DNA from: Lophium mytilinum
Taxonomy: Eukaryota
Length of the DNA: 64,000 nt
NCBI GenBank assembly: GCA_010093605.1
Contig: MU004184.1
Span: 1,622,801 to 1,686,800 of the forward strand
Direction: 5' to 3'
The notes below the pieces were generated by a model. The model made no database searches, was not told the origin of the DNA, and was given only the letters and a program-made list of their open reading frames with translations. Shown piece after piece: positions 25,601 through 38,319 of the stretch. How positions within the stretch are numbered: position 1 is the first letter of the stretch; the number at the start of each line of letters is the position of its first letter. Both the position numbers and the translations under genes were made by a program.

Positions 25601-27846
25601 ACTGCCCTTTGTCCCTCGGCGTGCAGCCAAACGAGCGCCCGGCCTGTGACTGGGGAGCACCCGCTGACCAGGGTTGCGGCTGGCGCGCCGGCCCCTCGCT
25701 GTGACGGGTTCGCAGGGCCGTGGGTCGGCCAGCAGCGTCAGGGCCTTCAGGGAGGGAGGCCCAGAGGGTGGAGCTGAGAATGAGGGCCTCGTCGTGGCAG
25801 GTGACGTTGGCACGGCTGCGACGGGTCTTGGACGGGTCTTGGAAGAGAGGCGCGCCATGGTTCGCAGCGGGCGGGAGTCCTTGTGGTCGGGAGTGGTTCG
25901 CCCCCAGCGGCGTGGTGGGTGGTAAAGGGTGAGAGGGTGGAGCTGGAGTGGTGGAACTAAGATAGGGTTTTGCCGCGCCCGATACGCACCCTGTAGCGCG
26001 GCCGCAGGGACTCCAGGGAGGGCGGCCGTTAGACGGACGGAGAAGGCCTGTTATGTATAGTCTGCGGAGCGTGGCGGCCAGGAAAGCGGACAGCCAGAGC
26101 AGAAGGGCATGGATGGAGACGGGCAAGTGGGCGGGAAGTGGACAAGCAAAAGCGGATCGAGCAAGCAGAAGCGGAACAAGCGGCGAGCGAGCGCGTCAGG
26201 GTGCGTCAGCGCTCGAATATGACTGCGGCACAGTAGCTGGGGCATGCGGCGTTGAGGGGATGAAGGGGATGAAGCGTCGAGAGCGTTGCAAGGCCGTTGA
26301 GCGCTGGATGTGACGATGCGTGGAGTCTCAAGTCTCAAGTCTCGGCATCTGCGTCGTCTGAGAAGGGAAGTGACGGCGCTGGGGGTGACAGCCTCGGATG
26401 TGCCGTACTCAAAGTGACAAAGTGAGGTAAGCTGCAAGTGGGCAGGTGATGTGAATTCTATTCTCTCAGGGCGCGGTGTCAACCAGGGACATGCTGCTTT
26501 GTATCATCGTCAGGGTGACTGCCTCGTGTGCGTCGTGTGCTGCGGGCCTCGTGGCCTCGTGGCCTCGTCGACTCCACCGCGGTGCCCAGGTGGTGTTTTT
26601 GCGACTCCAATTTAATCGCGGAGCCAGGGCAGCCACGAGGCGCTCTGCAGCGTGCAAGAGTGCGGCGGGCAGGTCCGCTACGGGCCTCAGCTAGCCTGTA
26701 AAGTTAGCTGCAGCTCCAGTTTCTCCCTGCGGAGATCCCCAGGCCCGCATCCACCAATCGTCCAGCCGAACGCCACGGGCCGACCAGCAGCACGGCTAGG
26801 GACAGGCTAGGGACAACCTGGGTTTCTCGTACCCTTGTTCAGCGTCCTACATAGCAGCATCGCCCCAAGCCGTCGTCTGTCAGAAGCTGGCACTGCTAAG
26901 CTAGCTACATCGATAGCACGCCTGGCACACTGGGATCCCGTACACTATGGCAGGTCACGCAGCTGCTTTGGGCTGGTCACGCCGGCCGGCCCGTCTGCTG
27001 CCACCCGAGCCCGCTCTCGCCGCAGTGCAGCAGCGTCTTGGTCCACGGTCCTTAGTCCTGGCGTGCGCGGTATTATTTTGCGAGGCCACAGGCCCAATGC
27101 ACAGCTGGCACACCGTACCGTCGCTCGGCGTGGGGCACTGCAGCCAGCCGACCGACACGCCTGAAGCCTGAGCCTGAGCCTGCACGCAACTTGCCGAGCA
27201 GCAGTAGGCCTGGCAGACCTGGGACCTTGCCCTTGGCTGCCCGCCCGCGATGGATGCCAGGCCCGAAGCCGTGCCCGCTTGGGCCGCGACAGGGAGGCAA
27301 AGGGCAGCCGACGGTGACGGCAGGGAGGTGGCCGGTGCTGGGTAGTGTGGGTGATGGGTGATATTAACAACGGCACGCCTTCCTCGGGCTGTTCTAGTGG
27401 CCCTCTGCCGTCTTCCCAAAAACTCGCCCTCACCCTCTCTCGGGTCTTCGCCTCCAGAGTGTCGGATCGGAACTCTCCCCACTGCGCCCACGACCTCCAG
27501 AGCGACGAGACCCTCGACACGCCCGTCACCAAGCCCGCCCGCCGCCTCGGGCGCATCGATACATCTCCTCTCCACCCCTCCAACGATCGCCTGAACCCTC
27601 ACCGAACCTGCATCCTGCCCGCCTGCTGCTTGGCGCAGCACTGCCTCTCTGACCTGCAGCCCTCCCGCCTCCTGCGGGCCGCCCTCTTCTGTGCTACACC
27701 AAGCCCGCCGCGAATCACCTCCCTCCCTCCCCGACCACACGCTCTGACACCGCCCGCGCGCCCTGGGCATGGTCGACGTTGCACCCGAACTTTAAGGCGG
27801 ATACAGACACGGCGCCGGCTGCTCCCAGGCAGGACTCTCACTACAA

Positions 27847-29250
27847 ATGTACCCCAACCACCCCGGCGGCCACGGTCACAACGGACAGAACGGCCACAAC
27901 GGGCAGAACGGTCTCAACAACGGCCACGGCGGACAGCACCCTCACTGGAATCCGAACCAGCCGCCGCACTCGCAAGCCACCAACGGCGACTACCCTCCCC
28001 CGACTCACGTATGTTGCGCTGCCCTGCGCCCTCGCCGTCTTCATTCACTGCCCTCACTGCTCCCTCACTGACCCACGCAGCAGCACCCAGCACATCTCGG
28101 GCAGCACCAGCATCATCCAGGCCATCCGCCGCCGCAACCCACCGAGCCTCGCCCCGACGCTGGTCTGCAACATCACCAGATGCCTGGATATCGACTGCCT
28201 CCGCCAGGCGACTGGGCTCGTGGAGGTCAACCGCCGCTTGATCCGTATCGCGGCGGCCCTCCGCCTCCCTATGGCGGCCCTCAGCAGCCTGCCCCGCGCC
28301 AGCGCACTGCCATTGCCTGCCGCTATTGCAGGAGACGCAAGGTAAGCTAAGTCGTTGCTCTGGCTGCGTCCCGTCACTCACGCTGCCCCCAGATCCGCTG
28401 CTCCGGCTTCGAGGCATCGGAAGACGGGCGGTGCACCAACTGCTTGAGGTTCGCCCAAGACTGCATCTTCACGCCCGTCTCAGCTCAGACGCAAGCCTTT
28501 GTGCCCGCTCACACGCGGCCTTGGCAGGGCGTTGGGCAAGCTCCGCAACTGTACGGAGCGTATGGACAGCCTCTGCCGCCGCAGACGCACATGCAGGAGG
28601 CCTACGCTCCGCCGCGCGCGCAAGGCTATCCGCTGCCTAGCCCGACAGGTCCGTATTCCGCTCCTGGTCCGTATGCATCTCCTTTGAGCTCTGTCTACGA
28701 TGATCGGGGCGCTCGTGATGCCTACAACAGCAGGAAGCGGCCCCTGGCTGAGCCTCACACCCCGACTCTCCCCCGGCCAAATCCTGCTTCGGTATCATCA
28801 CAGCTTCCCCTTCATCGAGGGCCAGGCTCCGAGTATACGTATCCTGACCCAACCGCTCTAACACCGGCCGCTGTGTCTCCAGCTTCCTCTTCGGCTTCAT
28901 ATCACTCTGCGCCTCAGCAGCCGCAGCCGAATCCGTACTACACCACCCAACCACCGCGCCGCTCTTCCCCTCAGAGTGCCTATTCGTACGATCCCAGTCG
29001 CACTTCGTCGTCTCCGCACACGCAAGCGGCTCCGAGCACGCCGGGAGGCACCCCTCAGCAGGCTTTCGCCCCAGAAAACGCCCTGCGCCCGCTTCCACCG
29101 CGCTCTGACGGCAGAACTCCACCGCCGCCAACGTCGTCGTCCTCTACGAGGCCAGGGATGCGCATTAGCGACATCGTCGGCGACTCGGGCCAAGGACGAA
29201 GCTCCACTGACAGCGATATGCTGAATCAACTCAATAGGCGACCAATGTAA
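27847..29250 (+). CDS. Zn(II)2Cys6 transcription factor (tentatively McrA-like), 3 exons
   Basis: Spliced binuclear cluster APRQRTAIACRYCRRRK|IRCSGFEASEDGRCTNCLRFAQDCIFTPVS with His/Pro-rich flanks and C-terminal MRISDIV...TDSDMLNQLNRR. The McrA assignment is from memory and needs BLAST. Confidence 0.88.
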
Positions 29251-32184
29251 TTACCGTAATTCTAAGACGTGATTTGGTGTTCAAGATGGGTTCGCAGGTC
29301 GGAACATGGCCTGGAGCTGGATCTCTAGAAAAAAGGCCAGAAAAATCACTCGATGTGGACAAGATTTTGAGTCTACCATTTGCCCAACCCAAAAGTTACG
29401 TCTAAAACGGAGCGAAATATGGAGCGGTCTGATCTTCGAATTCTTTGCTTTCCGGAATGCTTTTATTTGCCTTACCTCGATATACCCGTCAAGGAGTGGG
29501 TCTCGTGAGTACTGGCCGGTGCTTGTGGGTGGGAGGTACAATTGCAGCGATTTTTATGCATGCTTTCATTGCGTCTTCTTCCGTTCTCCTCAAATTCCAC
29601 ACAAATATCTCTCCGTCTCTCTCTAGGTCTCTTTGATCGGTGAATCTTCACGCTCGTATGGTGCGGCTAGCTCTCCGGTGGCATTTTCGGAGTGAACTTT
29701 GGCATTTGCGCCTTCCGATGTCTCTGCGTGTTTCAAATAACGAGTGCCCATCATATTTCCATGCTTCCCGCCGCTCCGAAACTCTTCGTGGGCAGGCTTT
29801 CAATTATGGTATGCCAAACATACTTAATCTGACTACCCTACTCGTAGTCTCTATGTCTCCCCTGGTTCTCTTTCCTTGGCCAACCGCGGAAACTCAGGCG
29901 GACTAGCCTATGGCACAGTCTGAGCTGCGGTAATCATATTTCATTAGCTCCACGTGTCCGGCTCGCAAAGTTCCGTAATTCCTTCACATGATATTTGCGC
30001 GAAAAAATGGGGGCCGTCTGCGGGACCAGTGGCAAAAACCAGCCGTGAGGCCGCGAAGCACCAAAGTCCTAGCGGCCACGCAGAAGCACATACCGCTTTT
30101 GTCTCCCGCATGCATGAACGCATCGCCAATGGCGGTGTAGTCTTGCGGGCCGGCGCGCGACTTTGTTCTTCGAGCCGCCGATTTATTTCCATTACTTGTC
30201 ATGCGGTCTCGGTTGTGGCTTACGTGGTTCATGTTGGTGGTGCAGCGTTGTCCTGTTAGATTGGTCGGTGGAGCAAAATGGCGGTGGACGTCCTTTCTGC
30301 ATGTTCAACTTTTCTTTCCAAATAGCGAGCAGCAAGCAAGCGAGCGGATCGGTGAACGTCTAGGGGTCGCGTAGGCGGGTGGATTGCGTTGTGCTGCATT
30401 GAAGCTTTCGCTTTGATGTCTACGGTGATGGCGGTCGGCTGGTGGTGTTTTGTCATGCGACTTACCAGGCCGGAATATTTGTCTTGCGTTTTCTGCGGTT
30501 TTGCGTCGTCCAATTCTTCTCTTTTTGTTGGTTCTCGATTCTACGTTATCGAAACCTAGTGGGGTGGCGCGCTTGCTTTCGGTGCCATATGGGGTGGTTG
30601 GTTTGGTTGGGTGGGTGGCAACTCTGTTTTTTCTGCTATGCTTTGCTACGGTTGCTTTTCGGGAGGCTGTCTGAAATGTTTTTGCGTTGTTTGCTCTACT
30701 ACTATTACCTATGTTGGCTGCTTTTTTTAATACGTTGCGAAAATTAGCGTAATATACGCGAGTATCTTGGTATCTTACTCACAACACCTCCCTGTCCCAT
30801 CTGCACATGTCTAATTTCATCCTCCATATGTGGAGTTCGACGCAGCCGCTTGTACTATCATTATCCAGCAAGGTGCTCACGCAGTACCTCACAGTGGCGT
30901 CCATTTCCACGTAGTCACCGGACTCGAGACTGAGGGGTCGGCGGGCGCCTCTGATCGGTGAGGATGTGGTGGTGACGGCGTGTGTTCGCTGCTGCGCAAC
31001 ATTAGACCCTCGTCGACCAGCTCGATAGAGCGCGACTTGCTTTCGAGGGCTACAGGGCTGACGGGAACACAGGGCTCATGCACCCCGGATTGCCCTTCTC
31101 AGCTACATGCAGACGATAGAGGGAGCCACTTAAGCAAATCGAGTCGGAGTATTATTTTCCGGGTTTGGGATATTAAGCTGGTCGCACCACTCTCCAAGTC
31201 ACGAATATCAAATACAACCCTGGAACATACACACCCTGGAAGCAAGCTTCGCTGTCCTTATTCCTAAACCGGCATTTACTCCCTCTAATCCAATCTAGTG
31301 CAATCCAATATCAACCCCACCCAACATCCAACACCCCCCATCAACCCCTCTCAGCCACCGGAGCAAACCCGCTGACCACCACCTCCAATCCGTAAACCGG
31401 TATCCTCTTCCGAACCCCTGTGCTCCCGTGCTGACATGCATTGCATAATCCTCACGAAGCTGGCAGTGAGTGTCACGCCTATCTTACATACATACATCCA
31501 CCAGCGCGCGGGTTCTCCCGCTCCATACCACCCAATGCCGTCGGGGGAGAGGAGGGGGGGGAAATCGTATAAATAGACCCGGGGGAGGGGTATGCCAAGG
31601 GGTGGTTCGGGGGCGGGAAACACGATCCCTGCGTGTGGTAATCATCTCGCTGATACGTAGTGTGGTCCTGCGAGCACGCGTTCGCCGGCCCGCTTTCGAT
31701 ATAGCAACGGTGCGGATGCCGGGTGGAAGGCCAGCCTTACGGGTTGCCGGAAGAGAGAGGGTGGGGTGTGGATACGAGCGAGTGGGGGAAAGGGAGGGTA
31801 GGGGTGTTGAGGTGTTGGATTTAGAGTAGGGCTGACAGGGGGGTTGGGTTTGGTGAGGGCGTGCGTGTCACCCGGGGCTTGGTCACGCGAGAGGGAGTGC
31901 GATGGGATGTGGTTTTGGACGGACGGTGAGGGATGGATTGGGAGTATAAGGCGAGGAAGTGTATGGGCTGCGGTCCGTTGCGTTTTGCGCTGGTTGGACG
32001 GGGTTGGGGCAGGGCGGCCAATCATTGGGCTGGGATTGGAGTGGTCTACCGGATGCGGAAGGACGTGTGATTTGCTGGGGAAGGCACGTGATCATTGTGT
32101 GGGCGGTGAATTGATATTGGGGTAGAGTCTTGAGAACTTGATAGATGTAGAGGAAAGTGACTACGCTTTGTGTATGTGATGGTC

Positions 32185-32790
32185 GCTCTGCGTCTGATAG
32201 ATTGAGTTCACGCGGTTGATTCTGTGGAATCTTGTAACTAAAGCAACTGAGTTTTCAGCTGAAGGGCTTAGAGGTGGAAAATCATCCTAATAACGTCGGC
32301 TTGATCTAGCGTACTCGGTTTTTGGTCAAGTAAATGGGATAGCCCAGAGTCACGTGGCGTGCACGCCGCGTCTCTCAAATTCGCTTTCGCGCGGTCGAAT
32401 CTATCAATATTAGTAACCGAACCGAAAAATCTGACGGTGGGAGCGCTTCACGAGTCTTTTTCGAACCTGATGCCGCAAGTCTGATTTAGAGCTTCTGGTT
32501 GTGGGGTACCATAATTGTTTTCGCGCGGTTGATTCTGTGAGTATTTGCAACGAGAAAGAGATCCTGACCTCGGAAGCACCTCAGCCCCCTTTTCCAGAGT
32601 CTGTTGCCACAAGTTTTACTTAGGCTTTCTGATTACGAGGTTGAAAGATGTACGTGACGTTCACGCCGTGGCCACGCCGTGTCAGGTAAATCGAGTTCAC
32701 TTCGGTTAGATCTGTAAGTATTTGCGACTAACTCACGCAATCCTTCCACGAAGCGCTTTCAACTTCCTTTAAACAGTCCTTTGCCGTCAA
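32185..32790 (-). repeat. Second, inverted array of about 4 diverged units of the same ~180-bp repeat family
   Basis: CGCGGTTGATTCTGTG-N-ATYTTGYAAC-like core near 32211, 32390, 32524 and 32702 is the reverse complement of the core in the 15.2-15.8 kb array. Confidence 0.75.
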
Positions 32791-33309
32791 CCAGATTCCG
32801 GGCTTCCTTTGTTCTGATGAAACAAGTGACTACGCCAGGTGGAAAGTAAGTGTCGTTTGCGCGAGAGGCTGAATCAAGCCCAAGGATAAGGTCAAAGTTG
32901 CCAAAGTATAACCGAGAGCCCGTCCGAGGTGCCCAATTCGCACTCGTATGAACTTACAAACGCCCTGAATTAGCGTCATCAGCTTTTGCCCTGCACCTGG
33001 TACTCGATTTGAACACTCTTTTCGTATGCGGCCTCTGAGACGCGCTGAACTGGACCACGGATTTAGAGTTATCAATAGGATGTATGAACGGGAGCCAGTC
33101 TGTGCGGATTCGCCCTCTTTTGTATCTTGTTGCTAGACGTGCCAACTGATCCACGGTTTCGCAGTAGGGTACCAGAGCTCTAACATATGAGATAATGCTA
33201 CACTTAGAGCTCAAGGCTTTCGATTCACTGAGAATGCCTCAATCACGAGATGATGATGGGGAGGGTTTGATAGAGAAGACAGCGTTTGGTGCACCTACTC
33301 AGTCTATCT

Positions 33310-34911
33310 TCAGCCTCCGCCATCCCTTAGTTGAAGATCCTCAGACCGGCCACCATATACTCCTCCGTCTAAGATCCACTGTTCATTATCAGCGTTGTCG
33401 TCTTGAACTCTCCGCCATGTCTGCTTCTTCTCCATCTCCACTCCCTTCCCCTTCGCGTCAACCCGAGCAACTGGCCGGATCAACGAACCAAGCAAAGGGT
33501 TCTGACTGAACGCGCCCCCTTTACCCCGCCCACCACTGACTATGGGTTCAGCTACTCCTTCATCCTCGTCCTCTGCCTCGCTCTCCGGGGTTTGAGGTCG
33601 GTCCATCTTAGCCATCCTCTTCACTATCTTGCCACCCACAAGATCGATCGACACAACTGCCCTCCGCTTCTCGTACTCTGGTCTTGCGCTCCACTCCTGC
33701 TCCCGTAACACCTTTTGCTGCTTCTTAAGCTGCAGAGCACGCTCCTGCGGACTAGCCCACACGCTTGTCCCCGAATCTGGCGTCTCGAAATCTGCTGCTT
33801 CATCGTGAACCCTCGTCCGCCGCGCATTCTGTGCCTGGAACCCTAGCAGTCTATCGCGATGCTCCTTCGCTTTTGCGAGTCTCTCGGACTCGGAGTCTGA
33901 TGCTGGCGCAGACGATAACGGCGTTACTGAGGGCGGTGTGGCGAACGGACGCGGCGCTCTAGCAACTTCTGCGCGCTTCTGACCGGCGTTGTGCGCGGCC
34001 ATCTTCTCCTTTCCTAGGTCTTCACGTAACGTGTGGAGCATTGCATGCGTTTCTTCAGAGCTTAGAAGAGGCTGGCCACAGAAAGTACAAGGACCAAGTC
34101 CCTCCTTCACACAGATGATCTTGCCACAGTTGAGGCAATTAGGCGCGGCAGCGAGTAAGGGGTGTCGCGTGGCCATGCAGTTGCACCGGCGCTTTTGGAT
34201 GTTGTCTTGAGAGGCGGCAAGCGTGGGATTGGTCGAGATTTCGAGGGCACGGATGGCTGAGTCTAGATCTGCCATTGTGGAGGAGTCGCCGTGCATGGAG
34301 TGGCCACCAGTGATGTTGACTTTGGCTTTCTGCTGTTGCTTTCCAGGTGCTGGTGAGGTGGTTCGTGATGAGACACGAGGAGGTTTGAGGTCCCCTATCA
34401 TGGCACCGGCCGCAGAAGGGGGTAGCTTTGGAGCAGGGGCAGGACTCGGCCTGGTAGTTGGAAGCTGGACGGCATCTGGCTTTTCGTGTAACGCAAATGC
34501 GTTGTTTGGCCTGCGAACTTTTGCGTTGCTCGCGACATAGTCTTCTTCGTCCTTCTTAACATACGCGCCTGAAACGTTCCCGTAATTTTCCGGCACGCGA
34601 GGAGGCGGCAGTCTGTTCAAACCACCTGCTTTCTTCTTCTTCGGCTTGGACTTGGGCACTTCCGATAGATCTGTTCGTGATGCGCCTGGTTGCGTGCTGT
34701 GAGATGCTGACTGCTGCTGCGGCGCACGCCGGTTGTTGAACGCGGTGATGAACTCTAGCGCTTGCGGCGTATCCCCGAGCAAGCCTTGTAGATTCTCAGC
34801 AGCCTCATTCTTGGGCAAGGTGGCTGTATGCGATATAATCTGCTTCAGTGAGTCCTCGTCAAGTGGGAGGAGGCGAGAAAGTTGAGGTAGCGCCCAGTTT
34901 GAGAGGTCCAT
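33310..34911 (-). CDS. RQT4: C2HC5 zinc-finger protein, Rqt4/ASC-1 (TRIP4)-like
   Basis: Single 533-aa ORF with N-terminal PWI-like region and CNCMATRHPLLAAAPNCLNCGKIICVKEGLGPCTFCG (zf-C2HC5), followed by HRDRLLGFQ...RTRVHDEAADF. Confidence 0.88.
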   Translation of the reverse strand: MDLSNWALPQLSRLLPLDEDSLKQIISHTATLPKNEAAENLQGLLGDTPQALEFITAFNNRRAPQQQSASHSTQPGASRTDLSEVPKSKPKKKKAGGLNRLPPPRVPENYGNVSGAYVKKDEEDYVASNAKVRRPNNAFALHEKPDAVQLPTTRPSPAPAPKLPPSAAGAMIGDLKPPRVSSRTTSPAPGKQQQKAKVNITGGHSMHGDSSTMADLDSAIRALEISTNPTLAASQDNIQKRRCNCMATRHPLLAAAPNCLNCGKIICVKEGLGPCTFCGQPLLSSEETHAMLHTLREDLGKEKMAAHNAGQKRAEVARAPRPFATPPSVTPLSSAPASDSESERLAKAKEHRDRLLGFQAQNARRTRVHDEAADFETPDSGTSVWASPQERALQLKKQQKVLREQEWSARPEYEKRRAVVSIDLVGGKIVKRMAKMDRPQTPESEAEDEDEGVAEPIVSGGRGKGGAFSQNPLLGSLIRPVARVDAKGKGVEMEKKQTWRRVQDDNADNEQWILDGGVYGGRSEDLQLRDGGG

Positions 34912-35159
34912 GATGTCGACTACTGTTACCGTTGGAAAATATACCTCGGGATCCGTATGGATAATTCAGGAAGAGGTGTTTTTGTTTCAATTGCAATGGT
35001 GTTTGAAGGTAGTCAGTTTGAAATGTGAGGTGGGAAATCACATGGGTTTATGTCAGCAACGCCAAGACGCTCTAGCATTCCCATCGCAAACGTGCAAGGT
35101 CCAAAACCCCCGTAACCACACTGCTCACTCATCTACTTGTGCAAGGTGCAAGAGACAAG

Positions 35160-35700
35160 ATGGCGACAGATGTGGCTCTAGAAACGACTATGGTAATAAA
35201 AGCCAATACACGGACCCATTCAATAGCTAGCTAACGCATTTAAGGGCGTCATTACCGTCGAATTATACAACAACCAAGCCCCGAAAACCTGCAAAAACTT
35301 CGCGACCCTGGCTCAACGTGGCTACTACAATGGCATAGTAGTTCATCGTATTATCCCAAACTTCATGGTGCAGACTGGTGACCCAACTGGTACGGGTCGA
35401 GGCGGCGCCTCGATCTATGGTGAAAAATTCGAGGATGAGATCGATCCTGGATTGAAGCACACCGGAGCTGGAATCCTCAGCATGGCGAATAGCGGACCAA
35501 ATACGAACGGTAGCCAGTTCTTCATCACGCTGGCACCGACCCCCTGGTTAGATGGCAAGCACACAATATTTGGGAGGGTCAAAGGTGGAATGAGGGTAGT
35601 GCAGAGGATGGGAATGGTCAAGACTGGTCCTGAGGACAGACCGGTTGATGAGCTCAGGATCGTAAAGGCCAAGGTTGTGGAACAAACGGAGGAGATCTGA
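35160..35700 (+). CDS. CYP1: Cyclophilin-type peptidyl-prolyl isomerase, PPIL1-like (one intron near 35193-35243)
   Basis: [74 protein letters not shown] and [12 protein letters not shown]. Confidence 0.93.
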
Positions 35701-36112
35701 CCTCACGGCATTTTGTATTGCCCAAAAACCATTCCACGGGCCTAGAAGTGAACACGATGGGAGAATCTCACGACAACCTTTCTACAACGGAGCGAGAGCT
35801 GACGAAAAACGTATCGAAAGTCAAAAAGGCCAATGACGGCGTTGAACATGAAAGGACGAAATAAGGTGAATAGGGCTACGTAAGTATGCTATATTTCCAT
35901 CTACTGAATCCAGCAGCTAAACTTCGAAGACGAATCTAAGCTCTAACCCACAGTCATTCTTGTCAACCTTGAGGGAACTGATTCACTCTTTTGCCCGAAG
36001 TCCTTAAGGACAGATCTCATAGTGCGGTAGCTCCATGAGAAGCTTTTTTGTTTGAACGCCGATGATATGCGTGGAACGTCAAAATTCTATTCAGTGAAAA
36101 GGGTACGATTGA

Positions 36113-38067
36113 CTAGTACAACCAGGGACCTATAGAGCGTTAGTGAGCTGGAAGGTCTAGAGACATTTGTTATCTTCAACCTACCTCTAATGAAACTGTT
36201 CTCTTGCTCGGAATGTAGAGGTATACGCATTACGTTTGTATGCACAACTTCCATTGCAAGTAAGGCATCCTGCGCTTTCACCACGAACCTACGATGGAAT
36301 ATCAGCTCAAGTATCTCAGAAACTTCCAGCGATAACGCATTAGACTTGCAAGAGCAAACTTACGATATGTTTATCTCGCTGGCCCCTTGGCTAATCAGAT
36401 AGATGCTTACCCTCGCACTAGCCAAGGCGCTGAAAACCTCTCCTGAAATCCCGACCATATTTCGCATCTTATGCCCGACAACCGAAATAATAGACATGTG
36501 TTTGGCCACGGTTACAATTCCGATCTCAGAGAGCTCTGCCACGGTTTCTTCGATGTTACTGTTGCTCTTCCTCGAGCCCTCAGAAGAGACTGCAAGACTG
36601 AGCATCTGCTGGCTGCTGCTGATGAGATCAATTGTATATTCATGGCGTCCGAGCCGCTGCGCTATTTGGCCGAGGAACTCTTGAGGTCTTGCTCTACCGT
36701 TCGAGCGGATGTTGAACACCGTAATCGAGTCCTTTGCCGTCACAGCAGTGGGCGTACGTCGATATTGACTCTCTCCATAGTACCCGTTTTTAGTCATAAA
36801 TACAGCCTTCGTTCTCGCGGCATCGTCTTCAGATGAAACGGGCGATGAATTTCCTGGGGTAGACTTTGGGGAGGTAGTTGGTGTTGCAATGGAAGGAAAA
36901 ACTATGGTTCCAGGTCTCTCTGGATGCTTCACATTCTTCAGCCGCAGTGGTATTTGCGCGTTGCAGATTTGCTCGATAGTGAGAGGATGGATCACCTGTC
37001 GCACTGTTAGAGATCTCCACTGGAAACTGAAGTACACCATCTGAATGGAAGCTTGGGGAAACGCACCTCGCTCCCGTAGTATGTAAGCTCGGCAGCCTCT
37101 TCTGAAGTCACCGTAGCGAGCAGCCTGGCCGACTTCACCTTTCGAGGATCTGCCGTAAATATGCCATCGACCTCTTTCCAGATCTGCAGCTCTTCGGCGG
37201 TGACCGCAACAGCACACAAAGCGGCACAGAGATCAGAATAGCCCCGACCTACGCTACTGACCAGCGATTCAGGCATCGCGCCAAAGAAGCCTATGCAACA
37301 AGGTTACCTCTAGCAGATATTATTATTAGGGGTCCACAAAAGAGGTTCATACCAGTAATGACCGGCACTCGTTCTCCACAACCGTTGACTTTCTTCCGAA
37401 TTGCGCCCGCCAGGCCTCCCAGAAACTCAGCGGGGTGACGTCTGAATGCGGCGGCGAGCTCTTTCTGACGACTCCCGTAGGTTTTTTGGACGATATCATC
37501 CAACACAACTACTTCGGCATCGATGTCCTATACAGATACTAGTAAGCACCGTCTCAAATGGCAACAAATGTCACAAACCTTCATTTTCAGCGAAGCAACT
37601 ACCAGCCGACAAGCTAGTGTCTCGCCGACCGCCAGGACTCGATCTTGAGTACGCTCCGATATCTCGCCAATAGTCCAAGTCGCCTTAAGAAAGCTTCGGA
37701 GGTGCTCGCAGTCATTTTCGATGCCTTCGAGTAGCTCATTAAGCACGGCTTCATGGCCTTTTTGCTGCTCAGCGCCACCGACAACAGTATCCGCAGCGTC
37801 CAAGTGCTCTAGTTTAATGATGTCGATAACTCGATCCAGCTCCACGGTTGACGTCTCGCTGGAGGTCGCGAGAGTTATCGCGTCGAGGAGGAGACTTGTT
37901 GTTCCCTGTGTCTTCTGGGTGCCTGATCGAGCGCTGCAAACCACAGCGACTTTGTACCTTTTCAGATAGTCGGGGATGATGGTGCCAGTGATTGGTTCCA
38001 GCAGCTTCCCTATAGAAGTACCTCCGTATTTCTGCACAACCCATTGACGTGTCTCAATTGAAACCAT
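36113..38067 (-). CDS. Aspartate kinase (Hom3/FUB3-like paralogue) with two ACT domains, multi-exon
   Basis: VVQKYGGTSIG, VVCSARS, DRVLAVGE, PVITG|FFG, VGRGYSDL, IWKEVDGIFTADPRKV, EAAELTYYGSE|VIHP and ACT2 SVVGHKMRNMVGISG...ISQGASEINIS. A last short intron gives C-terminus ...NSFIRGPWLY* (stop at 36113). Confidence 0.92.
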
Positions 38068-38219
38068 ACTTGTATCGAGATGTCTGGATGCTAGGAAGAA
38101 TGATGTTACGATTATTTACGGACACTACATGCTATGAAAACTTCCTTGTTTATACAAGTATAGCCATTGTGTAACCCTGCACATCTCTCGTGAGGTTGAG
38201 GCGCTTGCCACTAAGTTGC

Positions 38220-38319
38220 TGCCGAAGGCGCTAGGGCGATGCCGAAGTGCACTGGGCCCCCACGGGTTTTGATTGTGGATCACAAGCGGAGCGGCAGCAG
38301 CCGCAGTCTTACGTCGGCA
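38220..38319. promoter_or_regulatory. TGCCGA motif cluster upstream of aspartate kinase (putative Zn2Cys6 sites)
   Basis: TGCCGAAG at 38220 and 38240, and TCGGCA at 38314. Confidence 0.55.

Noticed and set aside
22700..27760. ORFs up to about 290 aa (e.g. 24551-25411)
   Set aside because: No recognisable motif or consistent splice model. A small gene near 23.6-24.2 kb cannot be excluded but is unsupported.
31310..32110. Possible minus-strand small gene or snoRNA host (CCAAT box, C-rich leader)
   Set aside because: No credible ORF and no complete C/D or H/ACA box set; it would need transcript data.
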